The translations under genes and the position numbers were made by a program. The notes beneath the pieces were generated by a model. It saw only the letters and a list, made by a program, of their open reading frames with translations. It was not told where the DNA came from and searched no databases. Source: Bacteroidales bacterium (GTDB taxonomy: Bacteria; Bacteroidota; Bacteroidia; Bacteroidales; VadinHA17). Taken from it: 64,000 bases of DNA. Shown piece by piece: positions 1 to 8,737 of the stretch (within the stretch, counting starts at the first letter, position 1; each line of letters starts with the position of its first letter). The DNA lies in assembly GCA_021738535.1 (NCBI GenBank), contig JAIPBU010000014.1, forward strand, positions 12,411 through 76,410. Direction: 5' to 3'.

Positions 1-1
1 A

Positions 2-328
2 CCAGATGATACTGATATATATGTATTTTCCCCGGAATACTATTTAGCTGCAAAATTCGAAGCACATAACGACAGGGGAGGTGACGACTTGAGACAAAGC
101 TATGATTTTGAAGATATTATTTATATATTTCATAATTACTCAGGTATATTAGATGATATTGAGAACGCTAATAATGATGTTAAAGAATATTTAATTGGTC
201 AATGTGAAACATTACTAAATAGTGATAACCTTATCGAAGGCATAGAGAGTGCATTACCATATGGATCAGATTCTGACAGTACTGAAAAAATAAAAAAACT
301 TATAAAAGTTATTTCTGAGATTGAATAA
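2..328 (+). CDS. C-terminal part of a probable nucleotidyltransferase-fold (AbiEii-like) protein; 5' end lies outside the window
   Basis: Frame is open from the window edge: PEYYLAAKFEAHNDRGGDDLRQSYDFEDIIYI, resembling the K..A...R....S.DF.D C-terminal motif of AbiEii-type proteins. Confidence 0.5.
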   Translation, partial: PDDTDIYVFSPEYYLAAKFEAHNDRGGDDLRQSYDFEDIIYIFHNYSGILDDIENANNDVKEYLIGQCETLLNSDNLIEGIESALPYGSDSDSTEKIKKLIKVISEIE

Positions 329-624
329 GAATATTTGATTTTTTCAAACCTCCACATGCGAACTATTTATTAAGTATACCCCTTAAACTCATTATCAATA
401 CACTTAATGTATCACAAACATTATGTTTGTAAAACATTATTATAATTGAATATGGCTGTGTTAGCGATACTCAAAACTGTACCACTTGTAACATTATATG
501 TAATAGCAGCGTATAATTAATTATAATTGTATTCTTTATGTTAATTTAGAATATATTATGTATTTTTATTTAGCTAAGGTTGTATAATTTTTATATAATT
601 TTACACTCTTAATAGATTTTAGTC

Positions 625-1092
625 ATGGAATGTGCAGCACCATATAAATCCGAAATTACAGAGACTTTCTTGAATATAAGAGATTTCTCCTATAAAGAGA
701 AAAAATCTCCTGTTCTTGAAGAAGGCAGGATAAATTCTTTTCTGGATTCATTAAATGATTTCAAAAATGATTTGAAAGAAAAAACATCAAAAATATTTGA
801 AATCAATGAAAGAATGGAAAAAATTACCTGGTTTAATGATTTGGATGAAGATTGTTTGATGAAACTGAATGATCTGATTTCTGCCGCTAAAGATTTAAGA
901 AGTTCCTTGGTAAGACAATATGTTTCCATGAATTTTATTAGGAAACAAGGAATGGCCAGGGAAGAAATTAAAGATTTTAAATATTCCATTGATGAACTAA
1001 AAGAATCTTATGAGGATTTAGAATCAGTTTTCTTCTTTTTACCGGAAATGCCTGAATTTCCGGAGACTACAAAAAAACTTTCTCTCATATAA
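625..1092 (+). CDS. Hypothetical helical protein, possible antitoxin partner of the next ORF
   Basis: 155-aa ORF whose TAA overlaps the ATG of the next ORF (TAATG coupling). Confidence 0.55.
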   Translation: MECAAPYKSEITETFLNIRDFSYKEKKSPVLEEGRINSFLDSLNDFKNDLKEKTSKIFEINERMEKITWFNDLDEDCLMKLNDLISAAKDLRSSLVRQYVSMNFIRKQGMAREEIKDFKYSIDELKESYEDLESVFFFLPEMPEFPETTKKLSLI

Positions 1093-1316
1093 TGGAAATT
1101 TATTGTCTTGAGGATTTTAAGACTGAATTCGAAAAATTAAAATCTAAAAAGTCATATAAAACTTTAGAGCAAGATATTATTGATTACTTTTTTGGTAAGT
1201 CAGCTGACCAACTTTGTTCAGGAATCAGATTGAATAATAGCGATAGTACTCCTTATATAAAAAAGAGATTAAAAGGGAGAGGTGGTTTTAACCAACCTTT
1301 AGTCTTTCGTCCTTAG
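1092..1316 (+). pseudogene. RelE/ParE-like toxin, apparently truncated by a heptamer repeat array
   Basis: F..EF..L..K..Y..L N-terminus and IKKRL..RGGF. The expected R(V/I)(Y/I)Y strand is replaced by NQPLVFRP*, encoded by the repeat at 1296-1327. Confidence 0.45.
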
Positions 1317-1327
1317 TCCTTCGTCAT
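1296..1327 (+). repeat. Heptamer array (tttagtc/tttcgtc/cttagtc/cttcgtc)
   Basis: cc tttagtc tttcgtc cttagtc cttcgtc at; same family as 4996-5260 and 35350-35383. Confidence 0.85.
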
Positions 1328-1464
1328 ACTTAACCTGCACCAAATAACCTCCCATGCATGAACCCCACTTGTATCTTCCGTACGTGTCTCTTCTTTCTCA
1401 AACCCCGTTCACCGTTAACCTTACCTTATAAACCCTATCAACTTTATCCTATACATATATTTTG

Positions 1465-1472
1465 TATATTTG
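1465..1472 (+). promoter_or_regulatory. Bacteroidota sigma-A -7 element
   Basis: tatatttg matches TAnnTTTG, ~35 nt before the ATPase start. Confidence 0.5.
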
Positions 1473-1506
1473 TACTAATTCATCAATAAAGTAACGAAAC
1501 AATACA

Positions 1507-2664
1507 ATGTATATAGAAAGAGAAATATCTGATAACCTTAAGGCTGCCATAACTCAGTTTCCTGTTGTTTTTCTTACAGGACCCAGACAATCAGGAAAAA
1601 CTACTTTACTAAAGCGTTTAATGTCAGATTATGATTATGTGAATCTTGAAGACCCTGATTTGAGAAGCTGGGCAATAAGCCAACCTGTTGATTTCTTACG
1701 TAATAATCCCTGGCCATTGATCATTGATGAAGCACAATATGCACCTGATCTGTTTTCTCATATTCAGCTTGTTGTTGATGATGAAAGCCAGACCGGTATG
1801 TTTATTCTATCTGGTTCTCAAAATTTTCTTATGATGGAAAGGATCAGTCAGACACTGGCAGGGCGAAGTGCAATTCTTACACTACTGCCTTTTTCAGCAG
1901 GAGAATTAAGTGACAAACTGAAAGGCATGACGACCAACGATTTAATAATAAAAGGATTTTATCCCAGGTTATTTGAAACTGTCAGTGACAGCTCCCTGTT
2001 CTACCGCAGTTATTTGAATACATATATAGAGAGGGATGTAAGGCAATTGTCAAATATTGGTAGTTTAAATGATTTTGCCCGCTTTATGAAGTTATGTGCC
2101 GGGCGCTGTGGTCAGCTGCTTAACATATCGTCATTGTCAACTGAAGCCGGACTGGCATATAACACCTGCAAATCGTGGTTATCCTATCTAAGCACAGGTC
2201 ATATTATTAAATTGCTGCAACCTTATTACAGGAATTTTAATAAGAAGATTGTTAAATCGCCGAAACTTTATTTCACAGATACAGGATTGCTTACTTATTT
2301 GTTGGGTATATCAAACTCAGATACCCTTGCTGTACACCCACTACGAGGGGCGGTGTTTGAGAACCTGGTTTATAGCGAGATTCTGAAAAGCATTACTAAC
2401 AAAGGAGATACCGGAAATATTTGGTACTGGCGTGATAACCATGGTACCGAGGTTGATTTCTTAATAGAAAATGGAGTCGATCTGTCTGCTATGGAGGTCA
2501 AGTCGGCCACAAATTTTCATGAAGAATACCTGCGTAACCTGATAATGTTCAGGAAATACAATCCATCAGTTTCAAAAGTGTTCCTTTTATATGATGGCAC
2601 CATAGAAAGAAAAGTAAAAGACGTTTCAATACTGAACTGGCGCAGCAAAGAATATTTACAGTAG
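1507..2664 (+). CDS. AAA_14 ATPase with DUF4143 domain
   Basis: Walker A GPRQSGKTT, Walker B IIDEAQ, SGSQ, LAGR, KSPKLYFTDTG, C-terminal EVDF...EVK. Confidence 0.9.
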   Translation: MYIEREISDNLKAAITQFPVVFLTGPRQSGKTTLLKRLMSDYDYVNLEDPDLRSWAISQPVDFLRNNPWPLIIDEAQYAPDLFSHIQLVVDDESQTGMFILSGSQNFLMMERISQTLAGRSAILTLLPFSAGELSDKLKGMTTNDLIIKGFYPRLFETVSDSSLFYRSYLNTYIERDVRQLSNIGSLNDFARFMKLCAGRCGQLLNISSLSTEAGLAYNTCKSWLSYLSTGHIIKLLQPYYRNFNKKIVKSPKLYFTDTGLLTYLLGISNSDTLAVHPLRGAVFENLVYSEILKSITNKGDTGNIWYWRDNHGTEVDFLIENGVDLSAMEVKSATNFHEEYLRNLIMFRKYNPSVSKVFLLYDGTIERKVKDVSILNWRSKEYLQ

Positions 2665-2726
2665 AGCACAGGCTGAAGTCCCTGCTCTGTCCTCCATAGC
2701 CCGCAGGGCGACGGAGGGCCCCTGGA

Positions 2727-2836
2727 CCGCCCTCCGACTCTGTCGGACGAAGTCCGCTACGTCGGACGGAGTCCGAAGCTTTCTCCGACCGCAGTAGTTT
2801 CAACGAAGGCGGTAGCGAAGGAGGGAGCCTCAGCCT
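2727..2836 (+). repeat. 110-bp nested palindromic (REP-like) element, copy 1
   Basis: Reverse complement of 58295-58404 with 2 mismatches. Confidence 0.95.
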
Positions 2837-2897
2837 CAGCCTTTAACTTTTTTTACTTTTTACTTTTGCCTTTTATCTTTTTCCTTCCTCCCCACTG

Positions 2898-2949
2898 CCT
2901 GGCCCCTCGCTAAATTTGCCCCCCGGGCAAATTATTAACGCTCGGTCCT
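2898..2949 (+). repeat. 52-bp palindromic dispersed element, copy 1
   Basis: Contains the aatttgccc/gggcaaatt hairpin; second copy at 61546-61652 carries a 55-bp insert. Confidence 0.9.
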
Positions 2950-3043
2950 CTTTTGTCTTTTGTCTTCTTCATAATTTTCCCCCCATAAATACCAAAACGT
3001 TCACTCATTATTGCTAAATTGCATCCGTATATAAAGCTGAAAC

Positions 3044-4990
3044 ATGATTCCCCACAACACGGTAGAACAAATACTCGATGCTGCACATATAGAGGATATT
3101 GTGCAGGAATTCGTCAATCTCAAAAAGAGGGGCGTCAACTACATCGGGCTGTGTCCTTTCCATAACGAAAAGACACCTTCGTTCACCGTGTCCCCGTCCA
3201 AGGGTATCTTTAAATGTTTTGGCTGCGGCAAGGGCGGCAACTCCGTTAACTTCATCATGGAGCATGAATCCCTCAGCTATCCCGAGGCCCTGCGCTACCT
3301 GGCAAAGAAGTATAATATCGAGATCGAAGAAAAGGAACTCACGGCTGAAGATATCGAGAAGAAGAACGAACGCGAAAGCATGCTGGTCCTTTCTTCCTAT
3401 GCCGCACGGGTCTTTGAAGAAAACCTTTTCGAAACCGAAGAAGGAAAATCGATCGGACTCTCATATTTCCGGGAGAGGGGATTCCGGCAGGAGACCCTCA
3501 AAAAGTTCAATATCGGCTACAGCATCGATAAGTGGGAATCCTTTACCAAAAAAGCTCAGACTGACGGCTACAAGATCGATTACCTTGTAATGACGGGATT
3601 GACAATTAAGAAAGAGGAAAAAACCTTCGACCGCTTCAGTGGCAGGGTCATGTTTCCCATTCATTCACTGTCGGGACAGGTACTGGGCTTTGGCGGACGC
3701 ACACTGAAGAAAGATACCAAGGCAGCCAAGTATCTTAACTCACCTGAGTCGGAGATCTATCATAAGAGTCGCATACTCTACGGCATCTACCACGCCCGCA
3801 AGTCAATCATGCAGGAGGATAAGTGTTTTATCGTTGAAGGTTATACCGATGTCTTATCTCTCCACGAGGCTGATGTTCAGAATGTTGTTGCTTCATCGGG
3901 GACTGCCCTGACGCGCGAACAGATACGGCTGATCAAACGATTCACATCCAACGTTTCAATTCTTTACGATGGCGATGAGGCAGGTATCAAGGCATCGCTC
4001 AGGGGAATAGACCTCGTTCTTGAAGAAGGGATGAACGTGAAAGTAACGGCCCTGCCTGATGGCGAGGACCCCGATTCATTTTCGAAGAAAAAAAGCAACA
4101 CCGAGTTCAGGGAGTATATCAACGAGAACGAAACCGACTTCATACGTTTCAAGACTAAGCTGCTGGTAAAAGAAGCCGAGGGAGACCCTGTAAAACGGGC
4201 AGGACTCATACGCGAGGTAGTACGGTCAATAGCTGTTATCCCGGAGATAATCACCCGCACAGTCTATATCCAGGAATGCAGTACACTGCTTAATGTAAGT
4301 GAGCAGGTCCTTTCTTCCGAGGTTGGCAAGCTAATGAGGCAGAAGGCTTTCAAGGACAGGAATCGTTATCCCGGTCCCGCCGACCTGCCCGAGGTCAGCA
4401 GGAAGAAAGCAGAAGCGGCTAAGCCTCCTGAGGGATCAGCTTTCTCGGAACGTGCACTTACCAGGCTTTTGCTGAAGTATGGCAGCGAGGAGTTTGAAAA
4501 GGTTGAGCACAAGGAAGAAGGTACGGAGGAAATAATCTCTGTGGCCCAGTATATTGTTAACGAGATAAAGGAAGACGAGCTTGAATTTTCTGAATCTGTT
4601 TACAAAAAGATCTTCGATGATTACTCGTTTCATATCAGTGAAGGGATATTTCCAGGCGACAAGTTTTTTGTCCTGCACCAGGATCCTGACATAAGCAGCA
4701 TCTCAGCCGACCTTTTATCAGAAAGCCACATTTTAAGCACGATCTGGACCCAGCACAATGCCTATGTAGAAACTGAAGAAGAAGTATTAAAGGAACTTGT
4801 GTCTGAGAGCGTGCTCAAGTTCAAAAGCGACAAGATACAGGGCATGCTGCGCGAGATCAAAAAGCAGATCAACGACTCAGAAGCAGCAAAGAACACCGAG
4901 ACCACCAACGACCTCCTCAAGCAGCACCAGGTCCTCTCCGCCATGCTCAAAGAAATCTCCAAACAACTCGGCAACCGAATAGTCCTGTAG
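3044..4990 (+). CDS. dnaG: DNA primase
   Basis: CPFH...CFGC zinc finger, GRVMFPI, KYLNSPE, TOPRIM VEGYTD and YDGDEAG, GEDPD. Confidence 0.97.
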   Translation: MIPHNTVEQILDAAHIEDIVQEFVNLKKRGVNYIGLCPFHNEKTPSFTVSPSKGIFKCFGCGKGGNSVNFIMEHESLSYPEALRYLAKKYNIEIEEKELTAEDIEKKNERESMLVLSSYAARVFEENLFETEEGKSIGLSYFRERGFRQETLKKFNIGYSIDKWESFTKKAQTDGYKIDYLVMTGLTIKKEEKTFDRFSGRVMFPIHSLSGQVLGFGGRTLKKDTKAAKYLNSPESEIYHKSRILYGIYHARKSIMQEDKCFIVEGYTDVLSLHEADVQNVVASSGTALTREQIRLIKRFTSNVSILYDGDEAGIKASLRGIDLVLEEGMNVKVTALPDGEDPDSFSKKKSNTEFREYINENETDFIRFKTKLLVKEAEGDPVKRAGLIREVVRSIAVIPEIITRTVYIQECSTLLNVSEQVLSSEVGKLMRQKAFKDRNRYPGPADLPEVSRKKAEAAKPPEGSAFSERALTRLLLKYGSEEFEKVEHKEEGTEEIISVAQYIVNEIKEDELEFSESVYKKIFDDYSFHISEGIFPGDKFFVLHQDPDISSISADLLSESHILSTIWTQHNAYVETEEEVLKELVSESVLKFKSDKIQGMLREIKKQINDSEAAKNTETTNDLLKQHQVLSAMLKEISKQLGNRIVL

Positions 4991-4995
4991 AAAAA

Positions 4996-5260
4996 ATGAC
5001 AAAAGACAAAGGACTAAGGACTAAAGGTATCCTTCAATTATTAACCCCGTTGGTCTTTTGTCCTTCGTCTTTTGCCTAAGTTTTAAACCCTTCGGTCTGG
5101 TAAAAACCCCGGGTTGCTCAGTCCCTTCGCAACAAATACGGCTCCACCGTATAAGCCTTTATCACAAAACCATGCTAGAAAGACCAATACCAATTATAAT
5201 CCAAAATTCCCTGCAATATTGTTCCCTCCCGTTCGCCTTTAGTCTTTTGTCTTTCGTCAT
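4996..5260. repeat. Inverted heptamer arms with no gene between them (gacaaaa/gactaag ... ttttgtc/tttcgtc)
   Basis: atgacaaaagacaaaggactaagg (4996) vs cctttagtcttttgtctttcgtcat (5236-5260); extra pyrimidine array at 5051-5077. Confidence 0.85.
5094..5153 (-). ncRNA. Candidate structured RNA/REP-like motif, copy A
   Basis: Minus strand: atacgg-tggag-ccgtat hairpin, then gttgc-GA-ag..ct-GA-gcaac, ccgggg...agacc; related copies at 8129-8200 and 58548-58630. Confidence 0.4.
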
Positions 5261-5304
5261 TAAATCTATTATCCCTACTTTTGTATACTCAATAACTTTA
5301 CATT

Positions 5305-6456
5305 ATGAAAATAATCTCCGTCGTCGGCGCCCGACCCAATTTCATGAAGATAGCCCCCTTTATCAGGGCAATTGAAGAATATAACTCATCAGGTCCTGAT
5401 GAAACGATCGAGCACACCCTCGTTCATACTGGTCAGCATTACGACGACCGTATGTCAAAGGCCTTTTTTAAGGCATTGAACATACCCGATGCAGATATCA
5501 ACCTAGGAATAGGCTCCGGCACACATGCTGAGCAGGTCGGTCAGACAATGATTGCTTTTGAGAAAGTGGTAAAGGATATCGAACCCGACTGGGTAGTTGT
5601 GGTGGGTGATGTAAACGCCACCCTTGCCTGCTCGGTAACGGCAAAGAAGGAGAATGTAAAGTGCTGCCATATAGAGGCAGGACTGAGGTCAGGTGATATG
5701 ACCATGCCCGAGGAGATCAATCGGCTTGTAACCGACAGGCTCTCGGATTTACTCCTTATACCCGACAAGCTCTCAGGAGAGAATTTAAAGAAAGAAGGTG
5801 CTTCAGAACGATCCGTTGTCTTTGTCGGCAACATCATGATCGACACTCTTGATGCAAACCTTGCTAAGGCCAAGGATATTAGTATAGAAGAAATAATCAA
5901 TAAGAATTACCTGATCGAATCAGCAGCACAGAAAAAGGTAGAAGATAATTTCGCTGTACTTACACTTCACAGACCATCAAATGTCGACGAAAAAGAAATT
6001 CTCACTCCAATAGTTAACTTCCTCTGCGATGAGGTAGCAGAAGACATGCCTTTGATCTGGACCGTTCATCCCCGTACACAGAAGCAGCTCAAGTTATTTG
6101 GATTATGGGAAAAGGTCACATCAGCGGAAAACATTATTCTTCTTCATCCGCTCAGTTACCATGAGATGTTACGATTAAATATGGATGCGAAGATCATGCT
6201 GACAGACAGTGGCGGCTTACAAGAGGAGTGTACTGTGCTGGGCACACCCTGCATCACCCTTCGATGGAACACCGAACGACCCATCACATTGCGACAGCAC
6301 GGTGGCGCATCGGTCATCGTAGGCAACAATATCAAACGCATCAGGGAAGAATACCAGAAAACGCTACTCCTTGACCGCACACCCACCAGGCCAAAGCTAT
6401 GGGACGGCCAAACAGCTCACCGCTGCCTCGATGCTATAATCTCATTTAATAAATAA
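5305..6456 (+). CDS. wecB: UDP-N-acetylglucosamine 2-epimerase (non-hydrolysing)
   Basis: GARPNFMK, HTGQHYD, HIEAGLRS, PEEINR, TLHRPSNVD, TDSGGLQEE, TERP. Confidence 0.95.
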   Translation: MKIISVVGARPNFMKIAPFIRAIEEYNSSGPDETIEHTLVHTGQHYDDRMSKAFFKALNIPDADINLGIGSGTHAEQVGQTMIAFEKVVKDIEPDWVVVVGDVNATLACSVTAKKENVKCCHIEAGLRSGDMTMPEEINRLVTDRLSDLLLIPDKLSGENLKKEGASERSVVFVGNIMIDTLDANLAKAKDISIEEIINKNYLIESAAQKKVEDNFAVLTLHRPSNVDEKEILTPIVNFLCDEVAEDMPLIWTVHPRTQKQLKLFGLWEKVTSAENIILLHPLSYHEMLRLNMDAKIMLTDSGGLQEECTVLGTPCITLRWNTERPITLRQHGGASVIVGNNIKRIREEYQKTLLLDRTPTRPKLWDGQTAHRCLDAIISFNK

Positions 6457-6501
6457 AAGTATGGGGGACAATGAGCATAGCATAACTGATCATATACTAC
6501 A

Positions 6502-6573
6502 CTATGCTACTTGTGCAAAACTTTTCCAGGGAGCAGTATCTTGCCATTTTGCAATATATGGTTTTGGGATCAT
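6502..6573 (-). pseudogene. Truncated AbiEii/AbiGii-type nucleotidyltransferase toxin (23 aa remain)
   Basis: MIPKPYIAKWQDTAPWKSFAQVA*, starting in an ATGA overlap with the antitoxin stop; resembles the MIP...I..W...APW....QVEQDL N-terminus of AbiEii-family toxins. Confidence 0.7.
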
Positions 6574-7364
6574 GATAAATCACTAGATAGTTCAACATTC
6601 TCATCAACCTTCCATTTACTATTTATTATTCCTGATAATTCTTTTTGTGGGCTTAAGGGTATTTGGTAAAAGCTACTCTTATTTAGAGATTTATAAAAAA
6701 CATTTATTAAATATTTATCGGCTAATAATTCTTCCATTAAATATCCTGTTCTTTGTATAGTACTTTTATAAGGATACCAGGATAATAGGTCTTTTATATC
6801 ATTTACTGTTAATTCTTCAATTAGTTCTTCCAATACAGTAAAGGTTCTATTCAAACCCCCTAATTTTCTATGATGATGCACAATGTCAACCATGGTTAAT
6901 GCAGGAGATGATACATTGAAATATCCAGCATCAGATTTCTTTTTTATAATATTTTTATTTGGCCAATTTGAAATATGAAAGAAATCAATAATAATATTTT
7001 TCCTGCTAACTTTTAAAACAGGGGGTAAATCTGTAATTATATAATTTTTCTGTATTTGCTGATGGCTTGCACCATGAAATTTAGCAGCCGAAAAAAGTGC
7101 CAGATAGTAATCCTTGTGAAGATATTTAAACAATTTATCTACATATAGTTCAATTGGCAATATGCCCAGTTTCTTATACCTTGGTGGCAATATTAGATAA
7201 AATTCTTTTCTAAGGTTTATTATCATCCCTTTTTCAACAAGTCTGGAGATCTCTCTTCTTAATGCGACCTCTGTTTTGTTTGACTTTTGTATAATTTCAT
7301 TCCAGGAGAATGAATATTCTTCATGGCTTAATAATTCATCTATAATTTCAGCTACATTCACCAT
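6570..7364 (-). CDS. Type IV toxin-antitoxin AbiEi-family antitoxin
   Basis: N-terminal wHTH, YYLALFSAAKFHGASHQQ, VSSPALTMVD, QRTGYL, terminal KWKV..N. Confidence 0.85.
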   Translation of the reverse strand: MVNVAEIIDELLSHEEYSFSWNEIIQKSNKTEVALRREISRLVEKGMIINLRKEFYLILPPRYKKLGILPIELYVDKLFKYLHKDYYLALFSAAKFHGASHQQIQKNYIITDLPPVLKVSRKNIIIDFFHISNWPNKNIIKKKSDAGYFNVSSPALTMVDIVHHHRKLGGLNRTFTVLEELIEELTVNDIKDLLSWYPYKSTIQRTGYLMEELLADKYLINVFYKSLNKSSFYQIPLSPQKELSGIINSKWKVDENVELSSDLS

Positions 7365-7372
7365 AGTATAAA

Positions 7373-7409
7373 TTCGATAACATTACCGTTTGTTGGTAAT
7401 AATATCGAA
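7373..7409. promoter_or_regulatory. Inverted repeat, probable AbiEi autoregulatory operator
   Basis: ttcgata-ac-attacc-N7-ggtaat-aa-tatcgaa immediately upstream of the antitoxin start. Confidence 0.55.
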
Positions 7410-7440
7410 AAGATACTAAATGAAATAATTATTCGTTTTA

Positions 7441-7543
7441 CTGTACCGGGCACACCCTTCTCCTGAACCGCACACCTACCAGGGCAAAGCGATGGGACGG
7501 CCAAACAGCCACCCGCTGCGTAGAAGCAATACTTAACTATTAG
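7441..7543 (+). pseudogene. Diverged duplicate of the wecB 3' end
   Basis: 7460-7543 encodes LLNRTPTRAKRWDGQTATRCVEAILNY*, vs WecB LLDRTPTRPKLWDGQTAHRCLDAIISFNK; 7441-7458 matches wecB ~6233-6250. Confidence 0.85.
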
Positions 7544-7547
7544 CTTT

Positions 7548-7590
7548 AAACTCATTCTCAACTCACTCAAACTCATTCTCAACGCTTTCT
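7548..7590 (+). repeat. 10/11-mer array (caactcattct/aaactcattc), copy 1
   Basis: aaactcattctcaactcactcaaactcattctcaac. Confidence 0.85.
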
Positions 7591-7620
7591 CTATTATCTC
7601 TCAAGCTTGCACCTATACTG

Positions 7621-7965
7621 CTATCTTCTCGCATGCTCAAGACAACCGGCACAAAGCCTTATCTCCGGTCTTATTTTCAATCTTTCGGTAGGTATATCGT
7701 TATGACATTTTATGCATACACCAAAGCTGTCATCATTCTTCATTTTGAGAATGTTTTCCAGCTGGGCCAGCCTGTTGCGGCTGTTCTGTATGCTGGCATC
7801 ATAGATACTTTTATTATTGATGGCATCCATTCGTGAGATCCGACCAATGGCACTGTCAGGCTCCACCGGCTGAGTAAACTCCTTTAGCTCCTCAATCTTT
7901 CTTTGCAGCTTCACCATCTCCTTCTTGATGATATCCACCAGTTCTTTTCTTTCTTTATCAGTCAT
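7621..7965 (-). CDS. TraR/DksA C4-type zinc finger protein
   Basis: PDSAIGRISRMDAINN, FGVCIKC...ERL..RP..RLCAGC. Confidence 0.9.
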   Translation of the reverse strand: MTDKERKELVDIIKKEMVKLQRKIEELKEFTQPVEPDSAIGRISRMDAINNKSIYDASIQNSRNRLAQLENILKMKNDDSFGVCIKCHNDIPTERLKIRPEIRLCAGCLEHARR

Positions 7966-8039
7966 TATCAATCTTAAAAACTCAAAAATACAATTTTAAG
8001 CAGACACTTCCCACCTACTATCATTCCATAAGCTCCCAT

Positions 8040-8091
8040 AAACTCATTCTCAACTCCCTCTCAACTCATTCAAACTCACTCTCAACTTTCT
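8040..8091 (+). repeat. 10/11-mer array, copy 2
   Basis: aaactcattctcaactccctctcaactcattcaaactcactctcaactttct. Confidence 0.85.
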
Positions 8092-8128
8092 ACTCGTCTG
8101 CTGCCGGTCTTTGCTTCCAGATAATTAA

Positions 8129-8200
8129 GGTCTGTCAGCAAATCCCGGGTTGTTCAGTCGTGCACTGCACTCCTTCACAACAAAACCGGCTCCACCGTTT
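8129..8200 (-). ncRNA. Candidate structured RNA/REP-like motif, copy B
   Basis: Minus strand: acgg-tggag-ccgg, gttgt-GA-ag-ga[gtgca g tgcac]ga-ct-GA-acaac, ccggg...cagacc; compensatory C-G to T-A change relative to copy A. Confidence 0.4.
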
Positions 8201-8232
8201 CCCAGCAGACAATCCCCTCCCACAAACAACCT

Positions 8233-8270
8233 AAAACTCATTCTCAACTCCCTCTCAACTCAATCAAACT
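8233..8270 (+). repeat. 10/11-mer array, copy 3, just 3' of the four-helix-bundle gene
   Basis: aaactcattctcaactccctctcaactcaatcaaact. Confidence 0.85.
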
Positions 8271-8290
8271 CCTGCCTGCCGGCAGGCAGG
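8271..8290. repeat. Perfect 20-bp palindrome cctgcctgccggcaggcagg
   Basis: Self-complementary; interrupts the array (caaact|palindrome|cattctaaact). Confidence 0.9.
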
Positions 8291-8294
8291 CATT

Positions 8295-8660
8295 CTAAAC
8301 TTTCCTATCCAACGCCTTCCTCAAATTACTCAGCATAAACGAAACAATATTCGCCTCTTTCCTGAACTCTTCAATATATTTATCTTTCAGGTATCCGAGG
8401 TCATTACTTAAAATCAACTGATTAATATTTTCCATTAGGCTTGAGTAAGCAATATTATAGAAATGTTTCTGGTCTTTCTTTGAAGCCCGGGAAGAGCCTT
8501 CTGCGATATTCGAGCAGACAGACATAGAGGATCTTCTCAGTTGGTTGGTAATTCCAAACTTTTCATCATCAGGAAATTCTTTGGTCACAGTATATACTCT
8601 GCGAGTATAAATTCTTGATTTCTTCCATACATCAAGCTTTTCAAAATTGAATGTGTACAT
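8295..8660 (-). CDS. Four helix bundle protein (TIGR02436/PF05635), copy 1
   Basis: FEKLDVWKKS...FPDDEKFGITNQLRRSSMSVCSNIAEGSSR...FYNIAYSSLME...DLGYL. Confidence 0.93.
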   Translation of the reverse strand: MYTFNFEKLDVWKKSRIYTRRVYTVTKEFPDDEKFGITNQLRRSSMSVCSNIAEGSSRASKKDQKHFYNIAYSSLMENINQLILSNDLGYLKDKYIEEFRKEANIVSFMLSNLRKALDRKV

Positions 8661-8737
8661 TTTGGTTAATTTTAATTAATACAGCGAGTTAACAACCTAA
8701 ATATATAAAGATTAATTCAAATATTAATCTCTCCTCA

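Noticed and set aside
2549-2803. ORFs 2549-2803, 5058-5375, 7358-7582, 8150-8338, 54373-54762, 55107-55370 and 61580-62089
   Set aside because: They translate repeats, palindromes or antisense strands and show no protein-family motifs
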